Source: Thermomicrobiales bacterium
Lineage (GTDB): Bacteria > Chloroflexota > Chloroflexia > Thermomicrobiales > UBA6265
Direction of reading: 5' to 3'
Assembly (NCBI GenBank): GCA_045804965.1
Contig: JBJMMD010000047.1
Span: 18,421 to 82,420, forward strand
DNA length: 64,000 nucleotides
Part shown: positions 28,408-38,500 of the stretch, piece by piece
How positions within the stretch are numbered: position 1 is the stretch's first letter
Layout: every line of letters starts with the position of its first letter
Notes under the pieces: model-generated
What the model saw: only the letters and a program-made list of their open reading frames with translations
Databases searched by the model: none
Told to the model about the DNA's origin: nothing
Translations under genes and position numbers: made by a program

Positions 28408-30038
28408 GAATCTTGCTTTCTGGCTTCACCAACAATGATCTGATCGATCACCCATTCGACTGGCGCATGGTCATCGGTAAATACCGTTCCACCTGGCGCC
28501 ACTTCTCGCATCTTGCCATGGTGCACGCTCTCGGCGCCGACCGCTTTCAACGGATTTTCCATCGGCACCGTGTTGAGATTCTCGGCGAAATTGGCCAGAC
28601 TGGTTGGGCTCTTCGTGCCGATGACCATACTGTTGTCATAATCCTCCGTGTTGATCACGTAAACATTTGGATAAACGACCCGCATCGTCGATGCAATCAC
28701 GTCGACAAGCCGGTAATCGGTTTCGGTTCGGCCGATGTTGATCACAGTCGTTCCATCGCTGGTCAAGTGGTCACTCACCTCTTGAAAGAACTCCTTGGTC
28801 GTTAGTTGAAATGGAATGTAGGGCTGCCGGTAGGCGTCTATCGCGATCAAATCGTACTGGTTGGTCGTGCGGTTCAGGAAGTAGCGCCCGTCTTCGACGA
28901 TGATCTTGAGATTTGCAAGGTCGTTGAGTCCGAAATATCTCCGTCCAAGGCGAGCGATTTCGGGATCGATTTCCACGCCTTCTATGTGAACAGCGGGGTA
29001 GGCGGCTGTAATTTCCCTCGCCGCGGTACCCCCGGCTAATCCGATGATCAGAGCGTTATTGACGGGCGATAAGCGGTCGTTGAAGAGGGGACCGACCATG
29101 AAGTAATCCCATGGGCCGCCGGTAAGCAGTTGGTTTGGATTGTAGATCGAATGAATGGCGTGACCCTCATTGAGGGCCAGGAGCGTGGCATCACCGTCCT
29201 GCAAGACCTGGATATAGTTGTACTCCGACTCGCCTTCGTACAGGAGTTCGCCGCGATATGGCGGTTTGATGTGCGCAGACGCCGTCAAGGAAAATGTCGC
29301 CCATAGAATTGCCAAGAGCGCCAGCGTCACCATCGCCAACTTTTGCGCCCGCTGGCTGAACAACGCGATGGCCGAGATGACAAGCAATGTAGCCCCGAAG
29401 AGGAGAAACGTCTTTGCAGTGCCGACGAGGGGAACCAGCACGATCACGGGCAAGAAGCTACCCGCGATCGAACCGACAGTGGACAAAGCGTAAACGTTAC
29501 CCGCGGTGATACCTGCATTCGAGACATCGAGCATCAAGAGGCGGATCGCAAAGGGCGTGACAAAACCAAGAAGCGTTACCGGAATGGCGAACAAAAAGAT
29601 TGTGCCGACCAGTGAACCGTAAAACGCGCCGACGGCAACGCGGTCAAACGCATTCAGCGAGGCATGGAGAATTGGCCGGGCGAGGAGGGGAATCAGTCCG
29701 GTGAAGAATCCCGCGATCGCCGTGATCACATACAAGAGCGTTGGGTTCGGATGTCGATCTGCGAGGCGGCCCCCCACGTAATAGCCGATGGCGAGATAGG
29801 TCAACGTTAAGCCAATCAGGTTGGCCCAAATGAAGGTCGAATCTCCGAAGTAGGGAGCAAGCAGGCGTGAAGCAGCGAGCTCTATCCCGATCGACGTTAA
29901 GCCGCCGACGAAAACTATCGCGCGCAACCACAACAACGAAACTGTCGCCGCGCGATTGACCGCCACGCGCTCCGTGGGACGTGACGGCGAGAACGATGAG
30001 GCGTGCGTTGTCACCTTCGATACAGGTTGATCGGCCAT
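28404..30038 (-). CDS. membrane-fused spermidine-synthase-like protein (polytopic N-domain + SAM-MTase fold)
   Basis: About 8 hydrophobic helices at the N-terminus, then IIGLAGGTAAREI, VEIDPEI and YDLIAIDAY (aminopropyltransferase-like). The start is uncertain (ATG 30038 chosen; the track ATG is at 30161). It overlaps the pgeF start by 4 nt. Confidence 0.72.
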   Translation of the reverse strand: MADQPVSKVTTHASSFSPSRPTERVAVNRAATVSLLWLRAIVFVGGLTSIGIELAASRLLAPYFGDSTFIWANLIGLTLTYLAIGYYVGGRLADRHPNPTLLYVITAIAGFFTGLIPLLARPILHASLNAFDRVAVGAFYGSLVGTIFLFAIPVTLLGFVTPFAIRLLMLDVSNAGITAGNVYALSTVGSIAGSFLPVIVLVPLVGTAKTFLLFGATLLVISAIALFSQRAQKLAMVTLALLAILWATFSLTASAHIKPPYRGELLYEGESEYNYIQVLQDGDATLLALNEGHAIHSIYNPNQLLTGGPWDYFMVGPLFNDRLSPVNNALIIGLAGGTAAREITAAYPAVHIEGVEIDPEIARLGRRYFGLNDLANLKIIVEDGRYFLNRTTNQYDLIAIDAYRQPYIPFQLTTKEFFQEVSDHLTSDGTTVINIGRTETDYRLVDVIASTMRVVYPNVYVINTEDYDNSMVIGTKSPTSLANFAENLNTVPMENPLKAVGAESVHHGKMREVAPGGTVFTDDHAPVEWVIDQIIVGEARKQDS

Positions 30039-30179
30039 TCGGATGAACGCTTTGTCCTTCTGAACAACGTGAAGTTCAGGCGAGAAGTATAGCGAGGCAA
30101 AGACCTGTCGAACGCGAAGCCGACTACCTCGGGCTCCCCAAGGCAAGGTACTCGGCTGCAAGTGATATAGGCTCTAGAA

Positions 30180-31709
30180 TCAATGCCGCGATCCCGTCGC
30201 CACTAAGGCTGAGTTGCGGCGCGGTGCCCCGCGCTCGGGCAATCCGGTGATTCCGGAAATCACCACGCTTGCCCGGGCAACCGCATCGTCGGGTTCGGAT
30301 TCTCCTAGGATAGCGCTCTCGAACATCCGTGCCAGCGTGGCCGAGACACGGGCGTATTCGGCGATCGGCCATCGTGTCCGCGCGTGCCGAAAGAGCTGAG
30401 ACGTCGCGTGCAGGAATGGCTCGGATGCAGCGTCCAATGCTTGAGCCCCCGAAACCGTGGGTGGATTCGTGCTTGTGCGCGCGCACCAGACGCGGAGTAT
30501 GTCTGGCCGCATCGCACGCGCGAGCAGTCCTAGAGCGAGTTCTTTCTGGCCAGACTGTCGGTAAATTCCGTAGCTCAGTCCCCCGAGCAGAGTTGCTTGT
30601 TCGCCGCCGGGACCTGCAGGAATGGGCAAGAATCCAACCCTGGCCAGAAACTCATCGATTTCCCATCCGGCCGCCGCGCGGATCAGTTCCGCTTCGTAAC
30701 TTCCGCCAAGGGCCATTGCGACACCTCCAGCGGCAAGGGAAAGGGCCGGCCCGTTCCACGAGACGTTGACAACATCTCGCGATGCGACTCGATGCCGCCG
30801 GACCAGGTCGGCGACAAATTGGACTGCGCCCCGAGCTTCATGGGAATTCAGGACAACTTCGTAATCAGTGATGACGTCGGCGCCCGCCGACCAGAGGACG
30901 GGCAACAATTGAAACGTCGTCGTTTCCCCGGCCTGTAGTCCACCGGTGAACGCGAGCGAGTGACTCCCGAGGTGGTAACGATCGCGAATCTCCGGTAGCT
31001 GAAAGTAATTGAGACAAGTGAGCCACTGTTCCCAGGTGACGGGCGTGCCGAGCCCTTCGCGTTCGAACCAGTCTTTGCGATACCAGAGCACGGCGAAGTC
31101 AGCTTCTGCAGGGTATGCGACAAGCTCGCCGTGAATCGTGTGGTGAGGCACCATCGGCGACACAAGATCGCTCAATAAACTGCTCGCAACCCCGTGGTCG
31201 ATGTTGGTCATTGGTTCGAGGTAGCCGCGGTCCGCAAACTCGGCCACCCATACCGAGTCCAGCAGGGAGAGGTCCGCCGCTGCTCCCTGGGCCACGGCGA
31301 GCGTCAGGCGCGAGCGCAGCTGGACCGGCGCGGCGACTTGAAATCTTATGCGCACAGGCCGGTTTGGATGCTCTTCATTCCAAGCGGACGCAGCTTGTTG
31401 GATCGGCCAGCACCAGTGGTCCTCGGGAACCGTGATGGTGATTTCTTCAATTTTGCGAACGTCGCGGGAGCTTGCGTTGTTCGAAGCGACGAAGGTGCCG
31501 CGGCCCGGATACCGGACAAGCATCCCGTTCTCGACCAATTGGCCGAGAGCTTTGCGAATCGGGGTGCGGCTCACTCCGAGGCGGGCACACAGTTCCATCT
31601 CGGTAGGCAACCGGTGGCCGATTTTAAGGTCACCGGCAGCGATCTGTTCACGCAAGAGTTGTTCGAGCTGATGCGTGATGGGAATCGGACTGTTCTTGTC
31701 GATCTTCAT
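30180..31709 (-). CDS. GntR-family HTH regulator fused to a family-1 (MalE-like) solute-binding domain, no signal peptide
   Basis: N-terminus reads LPTEMELCARLGVSRTPIRKALGQLVENGMLVRYPGRGTFVA (GntR wHTH). Residues from about 80 to 509 share SBP family-1 motifs with the neighbouring transporter SBP (see findings). Confidence 0.8.
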   Translation of the reverse strand: MKIDKNSPIPITHQLEQLLREQIAAGDLKIGHRLPTEMELCARLGVSRTPIRKALGQLVENGMLVRYPGRGTFVASNNASSRDVRKIEEITITVPEDHWCWPIQQAASAWNEEHPNRPVRIRFQVAAPVQLRSRLTLAVAQGAAADLSLLDSVWVAEFADRGYLEPMTNIDHGVASSLLSDLVSPMVPHHTIHGELVAYPAEADFAVLWYRKDWFEREGLGTPVTWEQWLTCLNYFQLPEIRDRYHLGSHSLAFTGGLQAGETTTFQLLPVLWSAGADVITDYEVVLNSHEARGAVQFVADLVRRHRVASRDVVNVSWNGPALSLAAGGVAMALGGSYEAELIRAAAGWEIDEFLARVGFLPIPAGPGGEQATLLGGLSYGIYRQSGQKELALGLLARAMRPDILRVWCARTSTNPPTVSGAQALDAASEPFLHATSQLFRHARTRWPIAEYARVSATLARMFESAILGESEPDDAVARASVVISGITGLPERGAPRRNSALVATGSRH

Positions 31710-31764
31710 GGCGTCGGCCCGACTCCACCTTATCGCGGTTGCGTCCGGTCGTTCCGGCCAAGAT

Positions 31765-31800
31765 TGTTACATCCATAGTACAAACGCGTAACATTGGCAA
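31765..31800 (-). promoter_or_regulatory. putative promoter and operator of the GntR-SBP regulator gene
   Basis: Reverse strand reads TTGCCA (31800-31795), a 17-nt spacer, then TATGGA (31777-31772). The inverted hexamers TGTTAC (31765-31770) and GTAACA (31788-31793) bracket the -10/spacer. A third GTAACA at 31909-31914 abuts the opposite promoter. Confidence 0.3.
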
Positions 31801-31919
31801 GTAGGGAATGCGAGGCAATATGTGGAAAATGGCCTAAGTGGTATTCAAGGTTGTCGCGGCATGCATAATGCTGATTCCGGTATCAATGGCCGCCGTAAAA
31901 GACAATGAGTAACAAAGTC

Positions 31920-31948
31920 TTGACATCGAGGCGAGCCTGAATTACCGT
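31920..31948 (+). promoter_or_regulatory. putative promoter of the ABC/GH38 operon
   Basis: TTGACA (31920-31925), a 17-nt spacer, then TACCGT (31943-31948). It would give a leader of about 130 nt containing the hairpin GGTCCGA-N7-TCGGACC (32004-32024). Confidence 0.35.
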
Positions 31949-32082
31949 CACGCTCACCGACATCTTGCTGCAGATCGACCAGAAAGGAGGGCGACGCGAG
32001 CGGGGTCCGATGAATATTCGGACCGGTTTCCGTGCCTTGAGTTAGGATCGGGCTCTCCCCGGTTCGTCGTTGGAGGAATCTG

Positions 32083-33456
32083 ATGGGCAACGATGCTTTT
32101 AAGGACCTCGTAGGCCAAGTACAAAGTAGTAAACTGAGCCGCCGCCAGTTCATGCAGCGAGCTGCGGCGCTCGGTGTATCGGCGACCGCGGTCAGCGGTG
32201 TTCTTCGTGCGATGCCGACCCGGGCTCAGGACTCGAAGGAAATCACGTTCTGGACGACCTTCACGAACGTTGACCTTGACCACCTACAAGCCGTCGTTGA
32301 TCCCTACAACCAGCAGGCGCAGGGCCATCAAATCAAGCTGACCCAGATCCCGCCTGCACAAGTCACCAACACCACGCAGCTGATGACGGCGGTACGTGGT
32401 GGTGTCGGTCCTGACGTCTATTTGCTCGACCGCTTCATTGTCGCCCAGCGCGCCGCCGATGGCTTGCTCGAAGATCTCTCCTCGGTCGGGGCTGACGATG
32501 TGATCTCGGGGTACATTCCGTTCGCGAAGTCAGAAGCCTCGTATAACGGGAAGGTTTGGGCCCTGCCTTTCGACACAGACGATCGTGCGCTCTTCTACAA
32601 CAAAGACCTCCTTACCGCGAGCGGCGTCGATCCCGCGGAGTTGGACTCTGCGAAGGGTCCGGTCACGTGGGACAAAGTTGCCGAGCTCGCTGCCAAGGTC
32701 GACAAGAAGGATAACAACGGCAATTACTCCCAGATGGGCTTTATACCGTGGCTGAACCAAGGGTGGCACTACACCTACGGCTTCTCCTTCGGTGGCAGCT
32801 TCTTCGACCAGGCATCTTGCTCGGTCACACCGGACGATCCGAAGATCGTCGAGGCGTTCACGTGGGTTCAGAACTACTGCAACACCCTGGGCGCGGACGC
32901 AGTTCAGGCGTTCGGCGGGCCGTCCATGCAGCCTGGCGCTGATCCAACCCAGGATCCGTTCTACGCGGGCAAACTTGGCATGGTGATCACCGGCGACTGG
33001 GTCATCGCGAATATCAAGCAGTACGCGCCGGATATGAAGTACGGCATCACGTACATGCCAGTACCAAAGACCGGCGACAAGCCAGTCACCTGGGCTGGCG
33101 GATGGTCAGTCGTGATCCCGAAGGGCGCGAAGAATCCGGAAGAAGCGTGGAGCTTCATGAAGTTCTTCGCCGGCCCCGACGGCCAGAAGGTTTACACCAA
33201 GGTCAGCAACCACTTGCCGACCCTAACGGCGCTCGCTTCTGATGCGACGTTGATCAGTTCAGATCACAAGTTCATGGCCGACATGTTGGCGACGGCGAAG
33301 AACCGGCCGCCGCTTCCTGTTGGCGCGAAGTATTGGGACGAGTTGAGCGCCGCATGGCAGAAGGACTACCTCAACCAGGGTAAGCCGGCGGATCTGCTCA
33401 AAGGCGTCAAAGACGCAGTTAACAAGGACCTCCAAAAGTACTGTCCGATAAGCTAA
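32083..33456 (+). CDS. ABC transporter substrate-binding protein (CUT1/family 1), Tat signal
   Basis: SRRQFMQRAAALGVSATAVSG is a twin-arginine signal. The body is MalE-like. GGAGG lies 7 nt upstream of the ATG. Confidence 0.9.
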   Translation: MGNDAFKDLVGQVQSSKLSRRQFMQRAAALGVSATAVSGVLRAMPTRAQDSKEITFWTTFTNVDLDHLQAVVDPYNQQAQGHQIKLTQIPPAQVTNTTQLMTAVRGGVGPDVYLLDRFIVAQRAADGLLEDLSSVGADDVISGYIPFAKSEASYNGKVWALPFDTDDRALFYNKDLLTASGVDPAELDSAKGPVTWDKVAELAAKVDKKDNNGNYSQMGFIPWLNQGWHYTYGFSFGGSFFDQASCSVTPDDPKIVEAFTWVQNYCNTLGADAVQAFGGPSMQPGADPTQDPFYAGKLGMVITGDWVIANIKQYAPDMKYGITYMPVPKTGDKPVTWAGGWSVVIPKGAKNPEEAWSFMKFFAGPDGQKVYTKVSNHLPTLTALASDATLISSDHKFMADMLATAKNRPPLPVGAKYWDELSAAWQKDYLNQGKPADLLKGVKDAVNKDLQKYCPIS

Positions 33457-33561
33457 CCGTAGCCTTGGAACCGGGGGTCGGGTTCGACTCGATCCCCGAT
33501 TCCAACCATTGCTGGTAAGATCTTCAACACTGGACTCGGATCTGCTACAAGGGGCGAGTTC

Positions 33562-34515
33562 GTGGCAGTCGAAGCAACAACAATTCCGCAAAAACCCAGG
33601 TATGCAACAAAAACGATCTTGCGATTAACGCGCAGGGAGTGGCACAGCCTGGGTGTCGGTATAGCCTTCATAAGCCCATGGATCATCGGCTTTGTAGGGC
33701 TTCTTGTGTATCCAATTCTTTACACGATTCGCATCAGCTTCACGGAGTATTCCGGCTTTGGAGCTCCAGTGTGGACTGGGCTTGAGAATTATCGCGACTT
33801 GATCCATGACGATAGAGTCTGGACTGCCATTTACAACACGTTCTATTACACCGCGCTCGCAGTGCCTCTAGGCGTCGTCGTTGCGATGGTGCTCGCGATG
33901 GCAATGAATCAGAAGTTGCCGGAAGTCGGTATCTTCCGAGCGATCTATTATCTCCCGGGAGTGATACCCCTCTTTACTTTAGCGTTCATTTTCCAAATTC
34001 TCATGAACCCGACCAAAGGCATCTTTAACCGGGTTTTTATCTGGGTAGGTCTGCCAAATATCAATTGGTTCGGCGATCCACGCTACGCAAAACTCGCGCT
34101 TGTAATACTTGCTCAGTATGGAGCCGGGCAGGCGGCCATCGTTTTCCTTGCTGCTCTGAAGGGCATACCAATCTCGCTCTACGAAGCAGCTGCGCTCGAT
34201 GGCGCCAACGCTTGGAGCCGGTTCAGGAACGTCACGTTGCCCTTGATGACGCCGGTGATTCTCTACGACATCATTCTTGGACTGAGTTTGGGGCTCCAGA
34301 TCTTTACGCAAGTCTATATTCTCAGCGGTGATCCGCTTGGCGGTCCTGCGGATTCGACATTGGTTTATGTACTTTACCTTTACCAGAACGCGTTCACGTA
34401 TGGCAAATTGGGCTACGCCGCGGCGATGTCGTGGGTGTTATTTGCCATTACGTTCGTTCTCGCCCTCGTCATCTTCAAGACATCAAAGTGGTGGGTGAAC
34501 TACGAAGTCATCTGA
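33562..34515 (+). CDS. carbohydrate ABC transporter permease (MalF-like)
   Basis: Six hydrophobic segments and the EAA loop YEAAALDGANAWSRFRNVTLPLM. Confidence 0.9.
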   Translation: MAVEATTIPQKPRYATKTILRLTRREWHSLGVGIAFISPWIIGFVGLLVYPILYTIRISFTEYSGFGAPVWTGLENYRDLIHDDRVWTAIYNTFYYTALAVPLGVVVAMVLAMAMNQKLPEVGIFRAIYYLPGVIPLFTLAFIFQILMNPTKGIFNRVFIWVGLPNINWFGDPRYAKLALVILAQYGAGQAAIVFLAALKGIPISLYEAAALDGANAWSRFRNVTLPLMTPVILYDIILGLSLGLQIFTQVYILSGDPLGGPADSTLVYVLYLYQNAFTYGKLGYAAAMSWVLFAITFVLALVIFKTSKWWVNYEVI

Positions 34516-34534
34516 GAGCTGACGGAGTAAGTAA

Positions 34535-35440
34535 ATGGCGAAAGCAGTTCAAATCGAATCCACGCCGAAATCAACATCGGCGCAAGAGACTCGCCTCAGG
34601 GTCTCAAAGTTCGCCCGCGCTCAGGTATTCCCGCGGTTCGTTCTTGTATTCCTCGGTTTCTTCTATTTGTTGCCGTTTTATTGGATGCTGGTAAATGCAC
34701 TCAAGTCCAACGAGGAATTACGGCAACAGCCACCCACCTGGTATCCGCATCATCTCGAATGGGCGAATTTTCAGCGCGCCATCAACGTGATGGATTTTTG
34801 GCATCTCTTGAGGAACACGAGCATCATCACGTTCTTCACGGTTCTCGGCGTGGGACTTACTGTTCCCATGGTCGCGTACGGATTCTCGCGCGTGAGCTGG
34901 CCGGGGCGCGACAAAGTTTTTGTCCTCGTTTTAGCCACCGTTTTCATTCCGTTTCCAGCGTTGATCGTCGCCTTGTTTGATATCTTCGCGAAACTGCAAT
35001 GGATCAACACGTTCAAGCCACTGATCGTCCCTTATTTCTTTTGCTTCCTCCCCGCGCCATTTTGGATTTTCTTGCTCCGGCAGTTTTTCATGCAGATTCC
35101 GTTCGAGTTAAGTGATGCCGCGAAGATCGATGGCGCCAGCGAATTGCGGATTTTGTTTCAGGTGATCATGCCGCAATCCTGGCCGGCGTTGGTTTCGGTG
35201 AGCATGTTCGCGGCGCTGCACGCATGGAATGATTTTCTTGGACCGTTGCTCTACCTCCATGTGCCCAATAAGTACACGCTCTCGGTCGGGCTCACCTTCT
35301 TCAGTTCGCAGTCGTCGCACGACATTCAGTTCAATTTGCTCATGGCGGCGTCGGTGCTGACAGTGCTGCCGGTCATTATCTTGTTCTTCTCCTTCCAACG
35401 CGCGTTTGTCGAAGGAGTAACCGTCGGCGCGTTCAAGTAA
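34535..35440 (+). CDS. carbohydrate ABC transporter permease (MalG-like)
   Basis: EAA loop SDAAKIDGASELRILFQVIMPQS and a polytopic profile. Confidence 0.9.
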   Translation: MAKAVQIESTPKSTSAQETRLRVSKFARAQVFPRFVLVFLGFFYLLPFYWMLVNALKSNEELRQQPPTWYPHHLEWANFQRAINVMDFWHLLRNTSIITFFTVLGVGLTVPMVAYGFSRVSWPGRDKVFVLVLATVFIPFPALIVALFDIFAKLQWINTFKPLIVPYFFCFLPAPFWIFLLRQFFMQIPFELSDAAKIDGASELRILFQVIMPQSWPALVSVSMFAALHAWNDFLGPLLYLHVPNKYTLSVGLTFFSSQSSHDIQFNLLMAASVLTVLPVIILFFSFQRAFVEGVTVGAFK

Positions 35441-35530
35441 TTCACCGGCAATGCACCGCGCGACCGACCGGCCGCTTTCCAGCCGGTGTGTGGGAGTTTG
35501 CGCTCGACCTAGGAGGAATCACCGGATCAG

Positions 35531-38500
35531 ATGCCTGAGCATTGGATGACATCGACTGACGAGCGGCGTTTGTACCGGCTCGAACGAAGGATCGAAGAAC
35601 TCCGAGCCTGGCGAAATGCGCGGCAATCTCCCATTCTGCAATGGACGTTTACGGCACACGACGGCAAGCCCGTTTCCATGCAACTCGGTGATTTCTGGCC
35701 CGTACATGAAGTTCCGGTCACGTTCACGACTGAGGCGAAGATTCCGCCCGCATGGAAAGGGCAGCCCGTCGAGCTCGAACTGTGGGTTGGCGGAGAGGCG
35801 TTTGTTCGCCTGTCGACCGGCTATCAAGCTGGCCTGAACCCGATGCACCATCGATTTCCGGTTGTGGACCAGGCCAAGGGAGGGGAAACGATCGGGATCG
35901 AGGTCGAGGCGGCGCCGAAAGGCATATTTGGCACGAACATCGCCGAGCCGAGACTCGAACGCGCCCAGTTTGTCATTCCGCAGCGAGAAACCAGAGCCCT
36001 TGAGCGCGACCTTACCATGTTGCGAGAAGCGTGCGTGCACCTTGAGGGCCATGAGGCTGTTTCGTTCCTGCTCGACGTGGCCGAGCAGGCGATTGACGAG
36101 CTTGCCTGCGCCTGGCCCACGGATACCGAAACGTCCCTTTCTCGATACGTGCTCGGTTACGACAATGGACTCGGGGCAGGTGTTGGGGCGGTGCCGGGGG
36201 AGTGGGAGTCGGAGGCTATCGATGCCGAACGATCGACCAATCCGACGTGGAGTCTTCCTCCTGCCCCGAGAGAACTCGAACCCCTTTCTAATGAGGCAAT
36301 CTCCGCAGTGAATCGAGCGCGAACGACGTTTGCCAACGAACTGGAGCGGCTCAAGGAAACATATCCTCCTGTCGGCAGTCTCGTGCTGACTGGCCACGCC
36401 CACATTGATCTTGCCTGGCTATGGCCGATGGCCGAGACGCGGCGAAAGATCCGCCGCACCTTTTCGACGGTCCTCGACTTGATGGACCGATACGACGATT
36501 TCATGTTCAACCAATCGTCCGCCCAGGCGTATGTTTGGATCGAGGAGGACGATCCAGGCGTCTTCACCCGGATCAAACAACGGGTTGCCGAAGGCCGCTG
36601 GGAACCCAGTGGCGGAATGTGGGTGGAGTCGGATTGCAATGTCACCGGCGGCGAATCATTCGTCCGCCAGCTCGTCTATGGCCAGCGTTATTTCGAGCAA
36701 TCGTTTGGGCGACGCAATCGTGCGGCATGGCTGCCTGATGTCTTCGGGTTCTCGGGCGGCATCCCACAATTGTTGCGAGGTGCAGGACTCGACGGCTTCT
36801 TTACCATCAAACTTAACTGGAATGAAGAGAACAAGTTTCCATACGATCTCTTCACCTGGGAAGGGATCGATGGCAGCCAAGTGACGGCACACCTTTTCCT
36901 CAACCCGGGCCACGGATACAACGCTAACATCGTGCCGTTCGACACGTTGGGCACCTGGCGTAATTTCCGCGGTAAGCGCCGCCATCCGGAAAGCTTGCTG
37001 GCCTTTGGTTGGGGGGATGGCGCGGGCGGACCGACCGAAAAGATGCTCGAGAACTATGCTCGAATCAAAGACTTTCCCGCGCTGCCGCGGCTCAGAATGG
37101 GCAGTATTGAAACGTTTTTCGCCAATCTGCCGCCTGAAGACAAGCTTCCTAAATGGGCGGGCGAACTCTATCTGGAATTGCATAGAGGAACGCTGACGAC
37201 TCAGGCCAAGACAAAAGCCCTCAATCGTGCCTCAGAGCACCGGTTACTCGAAGCGGAGGCCTTTGGTGCGATCGCTACCCTCGATGGCTTCACATACCCG
37301 CACCGGGAGATCGAGCAAGCATGGAAAACGCTGCTGCTCAACCAGTTTCACGACATCCTGCCTGGTTCGTCGATTCACGAGGTATACGAGGACACGCATC
37401 GATTGCTTGGTGAAGTCGTCTCGACTGCGACACGTGTCCGAGATGAAGCGCTCGGAAATGCCGATGACATGGCAGGCTGCGTTCGTATCGCAAATGCCTC
37501 ATTGTCGCCACGGCGCTTGCGGGTTGAGTTGCCCGGGGTAAAAATGGACGCCGGCGTCAAGGCATGCGACGGCTCTAGCCTCACGACGCAGCCCACTGAC
37601 GGCGGGCTTCTAGTCCTAAGCGCGGTCGATGTGCCCGGATTAGGGTGGACGACGTTGACGATTGTCGAGGCGAAAGACTCGACAGTAGTTGACATAACTG
37701 AAAAGGCCACTGCTCAAAAGAAGAGGGGAGGAGCAGTTCTCGAAAACGAACACTTGCGCGTCGAGATTGGCGCGGACGGTACGATCCTTCATGCGACTGA
37801 CAAGGCCGCCAATCGAGAAGTCCTTGCCGATCGCGGCAATCAACTCTGGGCGTACGTCGACAAACCCTATTCGTGGGATGCCTGGGATGTCGACGAGGCT
37901 TACGAACGAGGCGCGCAAGAGATTGGTGGTGTCGAAGCGGTCGAGATTGTCGAGAGCGGGCCGGTTCGAGCCTCGGTCCGTGTGTCCAGAAGGTGGCGCG
38001 AATCGACGATTGTCCAAACGTATCGGTTGTGGGCCGGCTCCCAGCGCATGGACATCGAAACCACGATCGATTGGCATCAGCGCCAAGTGATGGTCAAGGC
38101 GCTCTTCCCGATGGCCATTCATACGCGTATCGCGACTTACGAAACGATGTACGGGGCCGTTCAGCGGCCGACCCACCGCAACACCTCATGGGATGAGGCC
38201 CGGTTCGAGGTCGCCGCGCACCGCTGGGCAGACCTCTCGGAAACGGGCTACGGCGTTTCTTTGCTGAACGACAGTAAATACGGCTACGGGGCGCACGACA
38301 ACGTCTTGAACATTTCACTTTTACGAAGCCCGCTCTATCCCGATCCGCTCGCCGACGAAGGCGAGCATCATCTCACTTACAGCTTCTTCCCCCATCCTGG
38401 CCACTGGACAACGTCGGACGTCGTCAATGAGGCGTTCGCTCTCAACAGTCCGTTGATCGTGACGGCGGGTGGAACAGGGGAACCGGACTTTGGGTTCGTC

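Noticed and set aside
32010-32045. 11-codon upstream ORF (MNIRTGFRALS) in the leader of the SBP gene, considered as a leader peptide.
   Set aside because: The nearest Shine-Dalgarno-like sequence (AAAGGAGGG, 31983-31991) is 18 nt away, which is too far. The ATG is buried at the stem/loop junction of the hairpin at 32004-32024. There is no regulatory codon bias.
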